This document shows positions 40,067 to 50,899 of a stretch of 64,000 nucleotides of DNA, one piece after another; positions within the stretch are counted from its first letter, which is position 1, and the number at the start of each line of letters is the position of its first letter. The notes under the pieces were generated by a model, which was given only the letters and a program-made list of their open reading frames with translations, did not search any database and was not told the origin of the DNA. The position numbers were made by a program, and so were the translations under genes. The stretch lies in assembly GCA_034530615.2 (NCBI GenBank), contig JAVRCV020000039.1:32001-96000 (forward strand), written 5' to 3'. This stretch comes from Aulosira sp. ZfuVER01. Lineage in GTDB: Bacteria > Cyanobacteriota > Cyanobacteriia > Cyanobacteriales > Nostocaceae.

Positions 40067-40993
40067 TCACCTCAGAGAAACAATATTTTTTTGCAACCTG
40101 CGAGGTACTATTGACTTGATAAACCGCCGAGAATTTTTTACTGGAGAATTTAACGTTAGCAGCCAGAGTACCAACTGCCATCTTTTTTGATAAGGTCTAT
40201 ATTTAGCAAAAAACTTCAGGGCGGAAACTATATGTACTAGCCGCAGGTAGTTAAATAGGGAACTGGTACTTGAGCGTTGATAAAGATGTAGTGCCGATGC
40301 TTCGGGTTGAAATAACACTCGATAACCATTTTGCCAAGCATCCAAACATAAACTTACATCTTCAAAATATAAGAAAAAACGTTCATCAAATAAACCATAC
40401 CGCCTAATGTACTCTCCCGATACCATCATAAAAGCGCCTATTGCCCAGTTGACCTCCACGGCTTTTTGCGGAGGAGGCATTTGATTGTAGTAGTAGTCAA
40501 AGGGATGTAATAAAGTTTGTAGCGTTTCACCTAATAACTGCTTGAGCAATAAGTAAGTAAATGTAGGGAATCGACGGATTGAAGGTTGTACTGAACGATC
40601 TAAGTAAACTAGCTTGGGGCAAACGATCGCAATATCTCGATCTGAGTTTAATGTTGTAGCTAACTTGGTAATTACCTCAGGCTTAAATGTAACATCTGGA
40701 TTCACCAATACATACATTCTGCTGGGTGAAGCTGCAACTGCCCGATTATTACCTGTAGCGAAACCCAAGTTTTGTTTGCCTTTAATTCCGATAAACGTCT
40801 GGGGATATTTTCTGCTAAATTCATCGAGAATTTGCGGACAGGTATCAGCAGAGGCATTGTCATAAACTACAATTCTGCCTGTACGTGGATAGTATTTTTG
40901 AACTGCTATCAAGCATGACTCGATTGCAGCTCTTAAAGTCTGAGCCGAGTTCCAGGAAACAATAATAAAAGAAAGCTCGTTGATCGATGTCAT
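40067..40993 (-). CDS. GT2 glycosyltransferase
   Basis: IIVSWNS, YDNASAD, NLGFA.GNN, LVNPD, FDERFFLYFED. Confidence 0.9.
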   Translation of the reverse strand: MTSINELSFIIVSWNSAQTLRAAIESCLIAVQKYYPRTGRIVVYDNASADTCPQILDEFSRKYPQTFIGIKGKQNLGFATGNNRAVAASPSRMYVLVNPDVTFKPEVITKLATTLNSDRDIAIVCPKLVYLDRSVQPSIRRFPTFTYLLLKQLLGETLQTLLHPFDYYYNQMPPPQKAVEVNWAIGAFMMVSGEYIRRYGLFDERFFLYFEDVSLCLDAWQNGYRVLFQPEASALHLYQRSSTSSLFNYLRLVHIVSALKFFAKYRPYQKRWQLVLWLLTLNSPVKNSRRFIKSIVPRRLQKNIVSLR

Positions 40994-41539
40994 TATCTAC
41001 ACACCCTCATAAACACTCCTCGTGTGTAAAGGCAATAAGGCTACCATCCACATCTAATTAACTAAATTGATACTAAGAATAATGTACAGTTTTGGCATTT
41101 ACGAAGTTAATTTGGAAACATCGTGATAGTCAAATTCAACGTTTAATTACTGAATTATTTTTTATCTATATATAGCTATATAGAGAGCAATCCATACCGC
41201 ACACTAAGGATATTCAAGCAAATTTGTCAACCAGTTCTGTTAGATAATCACAATTTTCCTCATCGAAGTATTAATTTTATTCAACTGAGAATATCAATAC
41301 TAGAATCAGAGTCCTTACAGAGTCAACTTTGTCTACTAAATTTTACTATTTTCTCACTAATTTACTACTTTATAGCCTCAGTGGTGTCATATTTTTTTAT
41401 ACATTTTTTTATCAGGGATATTGGAGAAAATTCTGTTGACTAATGGAAAAAATTTAGATTTAACTGCCGACATCAAATATTTGTATGTACTTTATTTTAC
41501 TTAAAAATATTTATTTGTATAAATTTTTAGATGACAAAC

Positions 41540-41645
41540 TAATACGAATTTGAAAAAATATTGTCAGGACTGGATTTAGCAAAACCAGGCACAGCAGGCG
41601 ATTCCCAATCCCAAATCCCAAATTTTCCATCCAAAATGGTATGAG
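41540..41645. repeat. MITE-like element with internal heptamers
   Basis: TAATACGAATTTG ... CAAAATGGTATGA imperfect inverted ends; internal (atcccaa)n. Confidence 0.4.
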
Positions 41646-42246
41646 TAAAATCAAGCTTTTTGAGAAGATACACATAAGTACTCAGTTAATAAGTTAACTT
41701 TCCTGTATAATCAAAGTTATAATTCCATAGAGAATTTATTTGGCAAGTAAAAAAGTAGATTTGAGAAATTGCTTGCTGAAAGTTATATACCAATGAGGCT
41801 TGATTAATCTACTTAAGGATCTCTGCGGTAATATAGCTAGAGTTTTGGATCGTGTTGTGTTATGTCAAGCAATGGAGTTAGTGAGATGCTCATTAATTGT
41901 TCTTATCTTTATCTCAAAAAAGTTATAGGTATTACTAATCAGTAGTGATTAGTGGAAACATATCTGCTGAGGCTGTTGAAGATGTTTAAAATACAACAGA
42001 ATATATAACCTTGCTTTGCGAACTTCAAATTGATTCTTTATTCCGATTACCAGTATTGAATTAAGCAGGGTATACAGTATTTCAGCCAGGTTTGATTTAC
42101 CTGATGCAGATATTCGATTGTTTAAGATTTTTGGGTATCTATCCAACTGTGATTGGGATAGCAAAGTCTATGCAATCATCAGCTTTAGCAGATAACCTTG
42201 CAAACGGCCTGCATACATAAGCGATCAAAATATTACTCTGCAAACT

Positions 42247-43170
42247 ATGGCTGATTCACACAAGTCAAAATCTGCGACGGCTACACCTGAATTGGATAAA
42301 GAGTTATTTGGCAATAACCAATTTTTAGCACAGGTGAAATCTTGGGATTATCAAGTTACTGGCTTTAAAGACTACGCTACTCAATCTAGTGTCGGAAATA
42401 CCAGCCCCAGTTACAAAATCAAACTTTGTCAAGGACAACTGCTAGTTAGACAAGCTGAGAAACTAGAAGATATTCATCTGTTATCGTACCGCAATGAGCA
42501 ATTTTTGGCTGAGTGGTTGCAATACTCTCCAGCTGGTTTGGTGCGTATAGATACAGCTTTTGGTGAGTTAAGACTGAAAACCTGGGCAAATCTATGCAAA
42601 CGCTTTGGGAAAAGAATATTTTTGCGGATACCGCCATACCAACAACTACCTGAATACTCTAGCCCAATCCGCTGGTGCTTAAAGCGATCGCTTGACTTGA
42701 TTACTGCTGCAACTCTATTAATTATACTTAGTCCGCTTTTATTAATGCTGGCGGCGGTAATTCGCATCAGTTCACCAGAACCAGTAATAACGAAGCAATG
42801 CTGCGTAGGCAAACGAGGCAAACTATTTTACCTTTACAACTTTAGCAGCACTTGGGGGGGCTGGATGGTGAAATACAACTTAGATAAATTACCCCAGTTG
42901 TTCAATATCCTTCAAGGTGACATGAGTTTTGTGGGAGGATACCCTAAGACATTGCACGAAGCCATCAATATCAGCCCACAACAGCAGCAGTTATTAAACA
43001 CTTTGCCAGGTATTACAGGAGTATGGCAAGTAAAACAGCAATTTAATTTACTGCAAGCCGACAAAATTGCTATTGAACAACAGTATTTAAAAAATTGGTC
43101 TTTGTGGGAAGATTTAAAAATTATCCTGCTCACAATTACCCAAATATTTTTCGATAAAGCCAACTCTTAA
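42247..43170 (+). CDS. HepC-like sugar (phosphoglycosyl) transferase
   Basis: HepC-type N-domain (L..SP..LVRID...GE..LK.WA..C....K.IFLR), KRSLD, LPQLFNIL.GDMSFVG, PGITGVWQV, WSLWEDLKI. Confidence 0.8.
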   Translation: MADSHKSKSATATPELDKELFGNNQFLAQVKSWDYQVTGFKDYATQSSVGNTSPSYKIKLCQGQLLVRQAEKLEDIHLLSYRNEQFLAEWLQYSPAGLVRIDTAFGELRLKTWANLCKRFGKRIFLRIPPYQQLPEYSSPIRWCLKRSLDLITAATLLIILSPLLLMLAAVIRISSPEPVITKQCCVGKRGKLFYLYNFSSTWGGWMVKYNLDKLPQLFNILQGDMSFVGGYPKTLHEAINISPQQQQLLNTLPGITGVWQVKQQFNLLQADKIAIEQQYLKNWSLWEDLKIILLTITQIFFDKANS

Positions 43171-43185
43171 TTACACCTCTGTACC

Positions 43186-43335
43186 CACCGAAGTTTACTC
43201 AACGGGGGGAACCCCCCTTCGGGTGACGCTCCTTCGTCGCTAACGCTGCGCTAACACCACTTTGCTTATGCCGGGAAAACCTTCCACCGCAAGTGGTTCA
43301 CCGCACCGCAACTTCTATCTGCGTTCTCTGCGTGA
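43186..43335. repeat. Nested small dispersed repeats
   Basis: GC-rich hairpins CTCAACGGGGGGAACCCCC, CGCTCCTTCGTCGCTAACGCTGCGCTAAC and CCACTTTGC..GGGAAAACC..GCAAGTGG within intergenic DNA. Confidence 0.55.
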
Positions 43336-43390
43336 AAAAAATATCGCAAATTTCAATAGAGTGTTTGCATCCACTACCAAAGATAGCCAG

Positions 43391-44155
43391 ATGAAACTTA
43401 TCAATGCAATTCACAAAGTTATTCAAAATTTAGGCAACCACCAATTTGGCAAATGTAATATATGTGGTAGTCTGACTACTTTTTTATGTATTGATGTTCA
43501 AGCAGTCCGCAATAATATGTATTGCCCTTTTTGCCGCAGTTCATCACGCAAAAGGCACGTTGCTAAAATCATTATTCATGAAGTTATTAAAACTGCCTCT
43601 ACAATAGCTGAGATTCCCCAAACACAGGCTTTGAGTATTTATAATGCCGATGTCGATGATGCCTTCTACCAAAAATTACATCATCACGAATTATATACCT
43701 GTTCTACATTTTCTCCCGAATTTAAACTGGGTTCGGAAATGCGTCCTGGGGTATTTTGCCAAAATTTAGAATATTTGACCTTTGCAGATGAAACATTTGA
43801 TATTGTCATTACTGAAGATGTATTTGAACATGTCAGAAATCACGAACAAGGTTTACGGGAAGTACACCGGATTTTAAAATCGGGTGGCTACCACATTTTT
43901 ACAGTACCTTGTAATTTCGATAGAGAAACTATTGTTCGTGTTGATACTTCCGGAAAAGAAGATATTCATCTTCTACCGCCAGAATATCATGGAGATAAAA
44001 TTCGCGGCAAGATTCTGGCTTATCGCACATTTGGGATAGATATTTTTGATTTTCTGAAAAAAATCGGTTTTGAAACGAAAGTAGATTTTTCTAATTATCT
44101 TGATAGAAAAAATGGCATATTCGATAGCTACGTTTTCTGCTCTCAAAAGGTGTAA
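43391..44155 (+). CDS. Class I SAM-dependent methyltransferase with N-terminal CxxC/CPxC
   Basis: CNICG, CPFCRSSSRKR, FADETFDIVITEDVFEHV, RILKSGG; start placed at ATG 43391. Confidence 0.8.
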   Translation: MKLINAIHKVIQNLGNHQFGKCNICGSLTTFLCIDVQAVRNNMYCPFCRSSSRKRHVAKIIIHEVIKTASTIAEIPQTQALSIYNADVDDAFYQKLHHHELYTCSTFSPEFKLGSEMRPGVFCQNLEYLTFADETFDIVITEDVFEHVRNHEQGLREVHRILKSGGYHIFTVPCNFDRETIVRVDTSGKEDIHLLPPEYHGDKIRGKILAYRTFGIDIFDFLKKIGFETKVDFSNYLDRKNGIFDSYVFCSQKV

Positions 44156-44160
44156 TTTAA

Positions 44161-45402
44161 ATGAAATCTTTACTTCTTAGTACTTTTGATATTACTGGAG
44201 GCGCAGCGCGTGCAGCTTTTCGTCTTCACCAAGGACTAAGAAAAATAAATATAGATTCCCAAATGCTAGTACAGTATAAAACTAGTAGCGATCGCACAGT
44301 AATTGGCGCACAAAATAAGCCAGAAAAATGGCTTAATCAGATGCGACCAACTTTAGATAACTTACCACTAAATTTGTATGTAGGTGATACATCTGGGAAA
44401 TTTTCGCCCCAATGGTTTCCTGATTTCATTCAATCTAAAATCAAACCCCTATCTCCAGATATCATTAATATCCACTGGGCTTGCGGTTATCTCCAGATTG
44501 AGACTGTTGCCAAATTTACTCAGCCAGTAGTTTGGACACTGCATGATATGTGGATGTTTACAGGTGGTTGCTACTATAGTTTAGATTGCGATCGCTATCT
44601 GCAATCCTGTGGTGCTTGTGTACAACTTCAAAGCCAAAAACAGCAGGATTTATCGCGGTGGATCTGGCAACGCAAAGCTAAAGCATGGCAGCAGCTTAAT
44701 TGTACAATTGTCACACCGAGTATTTGGTTGGCTGATTGTGCTAAAAAAAGTTCTCTATTGCAGAACTTTCGCATAGAAGTTATTCCCAACGGTTTAGATC
44801 TTCAAAGATACAAACCGATAGAAAGAAAAATAGCACGAGAATGGTTAAATCTACCCCAAGATAAGCAACTACTAATATTTGGTGCAGCCTCAACCAATCA
44901 CCCAAGGAAAGGTTTTCACCTTTTATTATCAGCGCTACAAAATTTACAGCAAGCTGGATATCAAGACAAGATTGAATTAGTTGTCTTTGGTTCATCTCCA
45001 CCCGACGAACAGAAAAATTTAGGCTTTAAGTTGCATTACTTAGGCAACCTCAATGATGATATAACCTTGGCGCTAGTATATGCAGCCGGAGATATTTTTG
45101 TCGCCCCATCCTTGCAAGATAACTTACCAAACACCGTCATGGAAGCGCTAAGTTGCGGTACTCCCTGCGTCGCTTTCAACATTGGCGGTATGTCCGATAT
45201 GATTGAACACCAGCAAAATGGCTACCTTGCGCAACCCTTTGAAGTAGAAAGCTTGGTGCATGGTATTGCGTGGATTTTAGCAGATAGCGATCGCCTACAA
45301 CGCCTCAGACAACGCGCCCGTGAAAAAGCCGAACAAGAATTCTCCCAAGATTTGCAAGCACAACGTTACTCTCATCTATTTAGTGAGATGCTTAATAAGT
45401 AA
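44161..45402 (+). CDS. GT4 glycosyltransferase (WcaC-like)
   Basis: GGAARAA.RLH, WTLHDMW.FTGGC, RKGF, DNLPNT.MEA..CGTP. Confidence 0.92.
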   Translation: MKSLLLSTFDITGGAARAAFRLHQGLRKINIDSQMLVQYKTSSDRTVIGAQNKPEKWLNQMRPTLDNLPLNLYVGDTSGKFSPQWFPDFIQSKIKPLSPDIINIHWACGYLQIETVAKFTQPVVWTLHDMWMFTGGCYYSLDCDRYLQSCGACVQLQSQKQQDLSRWIWQRKAKAWQQLNCTIVTPSIWLADCAKKSSLLQNFRIEVIPNGLDLQRYKPIERKIAREWLNLPQDKQLLIFGAASTNHPRKGFHLLLSALQNLQQAGYQDKIELVVFGSSPPDEQKNLGFKLHYLGNLNDDITLALVYAAGDIFVAPSLQDNLPNTVMEALSCGTPCVAFNIGGMSDMIEHQQNGYLAQPFEVESLVHGIAWILADSDRLQRLRQRAREKAEQEFSQDLQAQRYSHLFSEMLNK

Positions 45403-45462
45403 AACTCACAGCTATACCAACACTAAACTCAGCATCTAAAATCAAATCATAGAGAGGATATC

Positions 45463-46605
45463 TTGAATATCAACACCAACATAACCAAGACAGAAACCAA
45501 CTATTTCTTCTATAGCTTAGTTTTTTATAGCATAGCAGTGTTATATCTGATTCCCTATGACTTAAAACTGCCATACGCTAAGTTTTGCTTACCTTTACTG
45601 ACAATTATTTTAATTCTCCAACTCTGTTATTACAAAAGTAAGTTACTAATTACCGATATTTTAGCTGTATGTCTTGTCCTATTAGTAACGTTCTTAAATT
45701 TTTCTACATATCAGCTATTTCGCTATAGTTTACCTATCTGTTTAATTGCCATCTGTTTTAGTGGTAGCCCTCAAATTCGGATCAAACGCAGCTATTTAAT
45801 TGGTTTATGTTGGTGCGCTACTGTGGCGATGATTTACCAAATGGTATTTTATAGACGGTTAGAATTTGACGGTAGCCAAAGAATTGCTTTAAGCAATGGC
45901 GATCCTAATGTTTCTGGCTTATTTATGCTCGTTTTCTTCTTTTTATGCGTAAAAATTAAATTTACACCAGGTATTATTTTAGGTTTAGTGTCTACAGTTT
46001 TATTCGCTAGCCGTAATTATTTTCTCACTTTATGTATATTCTTCATTTTAACTTTTTTAGAAAAACCATTATCAAGAATAGTAAATATAATTAATATTTC
46101 TGTAATTTTTATCATTTCCAATTTATTTGGTTTACTTATAGGAGAGTTTTTTTTAAACACTGTAGAAGTTGGATTTACTTATGATACAAGTGTAAATCGC
46201 TTATTTTCTTTCAATGACCAATCCAACTTATTTAGATTTGAAGCAAATCGATTTTTAATTAATTCTTACGCTAACAATTTAGATTTAGCATTAAAAGGCT
46301 ATGGTGAAAACTACGAACCTGTATTCAGGCCAATTGGCGCGATTATCCATAACTCTTTTCTAGAAGTAATGGCATATACTGGTATTCCTCTGGGAATTCT
46401 TTACTTCTACATCTTTTTAAAAGTAGTTAGTGGCTACTGTACTCAAGAGAACTTGAAATTTATTTTGTCCTACCTATTTTTTTGCTTATTCCTACATACT
46501 GGACTTCAAGGAATTGCACCCTTACTCTTTATCAGTATCTTAGCCATGTCTGTTGATAATGAGAAACAAAATAGAATATCATTATTTAATAGGCTTGGAT
46601 ATTGA
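45463..46605 (+). CDS. Wzy/O-antigen polymerase-like membrane protein
   Basis: About 10 TM segments, GDPN, ASR, IHNSFLE motifs; inside the EPS cluster. Confidence 0.7.
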   Translation: MNINTNITKTETNYFFYSLVFYSIAVLYLIPYDLKLPYAKFCLPLLTIILILQLCYYKSKLLITDILAVCLVLLVTFLNFSTYQLFRYSLPICLIAICFSGSPQIRIKRSYLIGLCWCATVAMIYQMVFYRRLEFDGSQRIALSNGDPNVSGLFMLVFFFLCVKIKFTPGIILGLVSTVLFASRNYFLTLCIFFILTFLEKPLSRIVNIINISVIFIISNLFGLLIGEFFLNTVEVGFTYDTSVNRLFSFNDQSNLFRFEANRFLINSYANNLDLALKGYGENYEPVFRPIGAIIHNSFLEVMAYTGIPLGILYFYIFLKVVSGYCTQENLKFILSYLFFCLFLHTGLQGIAPLLFISILAMSVDNEKQNRISLFNRLGY

Positions 46606-46606
46606 G

Positions 46607-47455
46607 ATGAAAATTACTGTAATCACTCCCAGTTTTAATTCGGAAAGAACTATTGAAAAGACAATACTGAGTGTGATTTCTCAAAAAAATAATTCATCGA
46701 TAGAATATATCATCATTGATGGAGGTTCTACAGATAGCACTTGTGAAATAATCAAAAAATATTTAGAGAAGATAGATTTATTTATTTCTGAGCCTGACTC
46801 TGGGGCTTATGATGCCATGAACAAAGGAGTTAGCCGTGGCACAGGCGACATTATTGGCATTATTAACTCTGATGATTGGTATCATGAGAATACAATTAAA
46901 ATAGTAGAAACTGAATTTAGTAAAAATCCAGATATTGATATACTTTATGCACCTGTAGATAACTATTTCTCTGGAAAGTATATTGCCACATTTCTTCCTG
47001 GGAGTTTAAATAAGTTACCCATCAGGTTTACATTAAACCATCCTAGCTGTTTTATTAAAAAAACAGCTTATGATTTAGTCGGATTGTACGATTTACGATA
47101 TAAAATTACCGCAGATTACGACTTAATTTTGCGTTTATATTTGTCTAATCTTAAGTTCCACTTTGTTAATATTCCCCTGGCTGCTTATTCACTTAATGGA
47201 ATGAGTTCCTCTACTAAACCTTGGGATAGAGCCAAATTAATTAGAGAATCTTGGTTAATTAGTAGCAAAGCAGCGTTACACTTAGGCGGGGACTTCAAAC
47301 TACAACAGATACAAGCTTATATAATATGGATATTTCATGAGTTATTTGCAATTCCTGCCCGATATTTTCTCAAGCCACCCTTAGCAAGAAAGGTAAAAAA
47401 ATTCATCAATACATACATCAAAAGCCCCATTGCTGATGAATACGGTAAGTGGTAG
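46607..47455 (+). CDS. GT2 glycosyltransferase
   Basis: VITPSFN, IDGGSTD, SEPDSGAYDAMNKG, NSDD, ADYD. Confidence 0.92.
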   Translation: MKITVITPSFNSERTIEKTILSVISQKNNSSIEYIIIDGGSTDSTCEIIKKYLEKIDLFISEPDSGAYDAMNKGVSRGTGDIIGIINSDDWYHENTIKIVETEFSKNPDIDILYAPVDNYFSGKYIATFLPGSLNKLPIRFTLNHPSCFIKKTAYDLVGLYDLRYKITADYDLILRLYLSNLKFHFVNIPLAAYSLNGMSSSTKPWDRAKLIRESWLISSKAALHLGGDFKLQQIQAYIIWIFHELFAIPARYFLKPPLARKVKKFINTYIKSPIADEYGKW

Positions 47456-47462
47456 TTAATTT

Positions 47463-48557
47463 ATGCCAAGAATTTTGTTTCTCTGTGCCCATGCTCCCAC
47501 AGAACGCTATCCTCAAGCTGGGCAAAAGATAGCATTGAGACATCTTGAAAACTATATTACTACTGGGGCGAGTATTGATGTGGTAGTTATTGCTAATCAA
47601 GCAGAAATCACTGCTGCTACAGACTTATTTTCCTTAGTTAATATTAACCTTTATACCTATCCAATTCAAAAAATCGATAAAATTATTAGTTGCTTGGCTA
47701 ATTTTTATACTCCCTTGAAATTTGCTACTCGTTGGCAAAATGTAGTATTAGACAAATTACTAGAATTGATACAAAACAATCACTATGATTTAATTCATTT
47801 TGAATATCCCCATGCTGCTGTTTACCTTGAATATATAAAACAGCTAACTAGCTCACAGTCAACTAAAATTATAATTAGCATACATGACATTATTTTTCAA
47901 TCTTTTTTAAGAAAAGCAGAGAATAATCTAATTTTTGGCATAGAAGCAGCTAGATTATTTCATTATGAAAGAAGCTTATATTCTGCTGTAAATGAACTAT
48001 GGGTCTTGTCTAAAAAAGACCGCGATATTCTCAATTCTTTATTTGGCATCCCTGAAACTAGAATTTTTATTAAACCACCTAAACTCAGTAATTTTGTTTA
48101 TCAAGTCCAGCGTCATTCAGCCAAAATTGAAAACAAGAGTCTGCTATTTTGGGCAGCAATGAATAGACCAGAGAATGAACAAGCAATTCTTATATTTATC
48201 AATAGATGTTTTAAAGTTTTGCAGCAGCAATATCCAAAATTCAAACTTTATATTGTTGGTGCTAGTCCCTCTAAAAAAGTTTTAGCATTAGCCAGCCAGC
48301 AGATTATTGTCACAGGTTTTGTAGAAGACCCTACTCCATATTTTGAGAAAGCAGAGATAGGCATTGTACCTTTATTACAAGGGGCTGGTATTAAGTTAAA
48401 AACTCTAGAAATGTTGGAGGCTGGCTTACCTGTAATTGCTACTACGGTAGGATCTGAAGGAGTAGACACTACAGCTAATAATTTACTGGTAAATGATAAC
48501 TTTGATGAATGGTTAAGTTTGCTGATAAATTCTGAATTATGGAAGCAAAATTTATAA
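47463..48557 (+). CDS. GT4 glycosyltransferase
   Basis: VTGFVED, PLLQGAGIKLKTLEML.AGLPVIAT..G.EG. Confidence 0.88.
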   Translation: MPRILFLCAHAPTERYPQAGQKIALRHLENYITTGASIDVVVIANQAEITAATDLFSLVNINLYTYPIQKIDKIISCLANFYTPLKFATRWQNVVLDKLLELIQNNHYDLIHFEYPHAAVYLEYIKQLTSSQSTKIIISIHDIIFQSFLRKAENNLIFGIEAARLFHYERSLYSAVNELWVLSKKDRDILNSLFGIPETRIFIKPPKLSNFVYQVQRHSAKIENKSLLFWAAMNRPENEQAILIFINRCFKVLQQQYPKFKLYIVGASPSKKVLALASQQIIVTGFVEDPTPYFEKAEIGIVPLLQGAGIKLKTLEMLEAGLPVIATTVGSEGVDTTANNLLVNDNFDEWLSLLINSELWKQNL

Positions 48558-48726
48558 TCATACATCTGATAAATTTGTGAGTTGACGAGTTACAGTGACA
48601 TTTTCATCCAAGCTAATAATATCTCTCCAATTGTTACTAGTAATAAATATAAAGTAAAAAAATTTCTTGGAAACTTTTACCTTTAAAATCGCTAAAATCA
48701 AAATGTTTACTTATTTATGCTTAGTT

Positions 48727-49098
48727 GTGGCTACTGTATCTTGTCCCCGTTGTCATCAAGCCGTCAATGGTCAAGCTATCACTTGTCCTTATTGCCGCAC
48801 GACTCTCAAAGCTTACGGTCATCCTGGTATTCCATTGCACCGTGCTAGCAAAGATGAGTATCTGTGCGATAGTTGCACCTATCACGCTGACGATACTTGC
48901 AATTTTCCCCAACGTCCCTACGCTAAAGATTGCACTCTTTACCAAAATATTGAAGAGAGTAAAATACAGTCACAACAGCAGCTTGCTCATCAAAGCTTTG
49001 GTGTAACTGTGAAAAGTTGGATAAAACGCAATCAAGCCTTGCTGTTATTACTAGGTTTAATATTCATCTGTTTACTCATTGCGCTATCAACATCCTAA
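48727..49098 (+). CDS. Zinc-ribbon membrane-anchored protein
   Basis: CPRC, CPYC, CDSC..H..D.C.FP.RP.A..C, C-terminal TM; start placed at GTG 48727. Confidence 0.7.
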   Translation: MATVSCPRCHQAVNGQAITCPYCRTTLKAYGHPGIPLHRASKDEYLCDSCTYHADDTCNFPQRPYAKDCTLYQNIEESKIQSQQQLAHQSFGVTVKSWIKRNQALLLLLGLIFICLLIALSTS

Positions 49099-49104
49099 AC
49101 AAAT

Positions 49105-50277
49105 TTATGAAACTAATTTAATTTTATTGGCTGCTCTGGTTGCTTTTTCTCTGGCCTCTTGCACATTTCCACCTTTAGCTAAAGCTACTCCCATGCGTCG
49201 ATAAGGATGAGAACTCGGTTTACCAAATAGCCGGATATCTACATCTTTTTCGGATAAAGCTTCTGCTACACCCGTAAAGGCAATAGAATCTGATTTGTCT
49301 GAGGCTAAAATTACCGCACTAGCTGATGGACCAAATTGTTCTATATTAGGAATAGGTAAGCCTAAAACGGCTCTTAAATGTAGTTCAAACTCATTGAGAT
49401 TTTGTGAGATTAATGTCACCATTCCTGTATCGTGGGGTCTGGGAGAAAGTTCCGAAAAAATGACTTCATCTTTGGTAATAAAAAACTCAACGCCAAAAAT
49501 TCCGGCTCCTCCTAAAGCATCAGTGACTTTTGTAGCAATTTCTTGAGCTTCTAATATTTTGGCTTCAGAAATACTTGCTGGTTGCCAAGATTCTTGATAG
49601 TCTCCTCGTTCTTGGCGATGGCCAATAGGCGCACAGAAAATTGTCGGTGCATTCCACTGTTTAATTGTGAGTAAAGTAATCTCAATTTCAAAGTCAATAA
49701 ATTCTTCAACAATTACCTTTTGAGTATCTCCGCGAGAATTAGCGATCGCATAATTCCAAGCCTGCTCAACCTCATCTTTATTATGCACTACAGACTGACC
49801 TTTACCAGAGGATGACATCACAGGTTTCAACACATTAGGAAACCCAATTAAATCAGAGGCTACTATCAACTCTTCTAGACTATTTGCATAACCATACCTA
49901 GCAGTTCTTATAGATAATTCCTGATTTGCTAAGTCCCGAATTCTGTCACGATTCATTGTATAGTTAGTTGCCGCAGCAGTGGGAATAACTATAATTCCTC
50001 GTTGTTCAAATTCTACAAGTTTTGCGGTTCTGATCGCTTCAATTTCTGGTACGATCAAATCAGGTTGATGCTTGCTAACAATAGCTTCTAAATCTTCAGC
50101 GCTGAGCATAGAAATTACTTCCGAGCAATCAGCAACTTGCATCGCTGGTGCATTAGGATAGCGATCGACAGCAATTACATAATTACCCAGGCGTTGAGCA
50201 GCAATTACAAACTCCTTGCCCAATTCTCCTGCACCCAATAGCATCAATTTTTTAGGTAATTTAATTGAATTATTCAT
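49105..50277 (-). CDS. purT: Formate-dependent phosphoribosylglycinamide formyltransferase
   Basis: [40 protein letters not shown]. Confidence 0.97.
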   Translation of the reverse strand: MNNSIKLPKKLMLLGAGELGKEFVIAAQRLGNYVIAVDRYPNAPAMQVADCSEVISMLSAEDLEAIVSKHQPDLIVPEIEAIRTAKLVEFEQRGIIVIPTAAATNYTMNRDRIRDLANQELSIRTARYGYANSLEELIVASDLIGFPNVLKPVMSSSGKGQSVVHNKDEVEQAWNYAIANSRGDTQKVIVEEFIDFEIEITLLTIKQWNAPTIFCAPIGHRQERGDYQESWQPASISEAKILEAQEIATKVTDALGGAGIFGVEFFITKDEVIFSELSPRPHDTGMVTLISQNLNEFELHLRAVLGLPIPNIEQFGPSASAVILASDKSDSIAFTGVAEALSEKDVDIRLFGKPSSHPYRRMGVALAKGGNVQEAREKATRAANKIKLVS

Positions 50278-50298
50278 AAATCTGATAATATTTGACGT

Positions 50299-50796
50299 TT
50301 AATTATCATCTGCTGAAGTGCTAAACCTAGCACCACGCAGTTGTAAATCTTTACGTTGTTGATGAGATAAACCAGTACCCATGCCTAACTGACATTCATC
50401 TACTAGTGCATCTAACCAAATAGTCTCATTTAACGTTGCACCCCTTAAATCTGCATTTCTTAAGTCGGCTTTAGTAAAATTTGCAAATAGCAGGTCTGCA
50501 TTGACTAAACTGCTACCTTGCAGGTTTACCCCCGATAAATTACCGCGAATCAAATTTACAGCATCTAAATTTAAACCAGATAAATCTGCACCGCTTAAAT
50601 TAGGAAACTTGAGTTGACGGGGATTATTTAAAAACCTGATTATACAAATAATATTCGCTTCATTCAGACGAATTTGAGTTAAAAAACTATACCGAGCTAT
50701 TCCCAATTGCTGGAGAATTTGCAGACGTTGTACTGGAGTTTGTTCTAAAAATTGAATAGCGCGATCGCGTAACTCTTGAGTTGGGAGATTGAGCAT
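50299..50796 (-). CDS. Pentapeptide repeat protein
   Basis: [30 protein letters not shown] repeats. Confidence 0.9.
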   Translation of the reverse strand: MLNLPTQELRDRAIQFLEQTPVQRLQILQQLGIARYSFLTQIRLNEANIICIIRFLNNPRQLKFPNLSGADLSGLNLDAVNLIRGNLSGVNLQGSSLVNADLLFANFTKADLRNADLRGATLNETIWLDALVDECQLGMGTGLSHQQRKDLQLRGARFSTSADDN

Positions 50797-50899
50797 AATT
50801 AGATAAATATCAATGATATATTTTCTTTCAAGAATTTACGGCAAAAATCTTAACGCTGAGATGGAATAGAATGAAAGGGGTATTAAGTGAGTACATTAA

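Noticed and set aside
41487..41500. NtcA box GTA-N8-TAC in the EPS divergent region
   Set aside because: The match is exact, but the -10 spacing is off, it is far from both genes and such matches are common in AT-rich DNA
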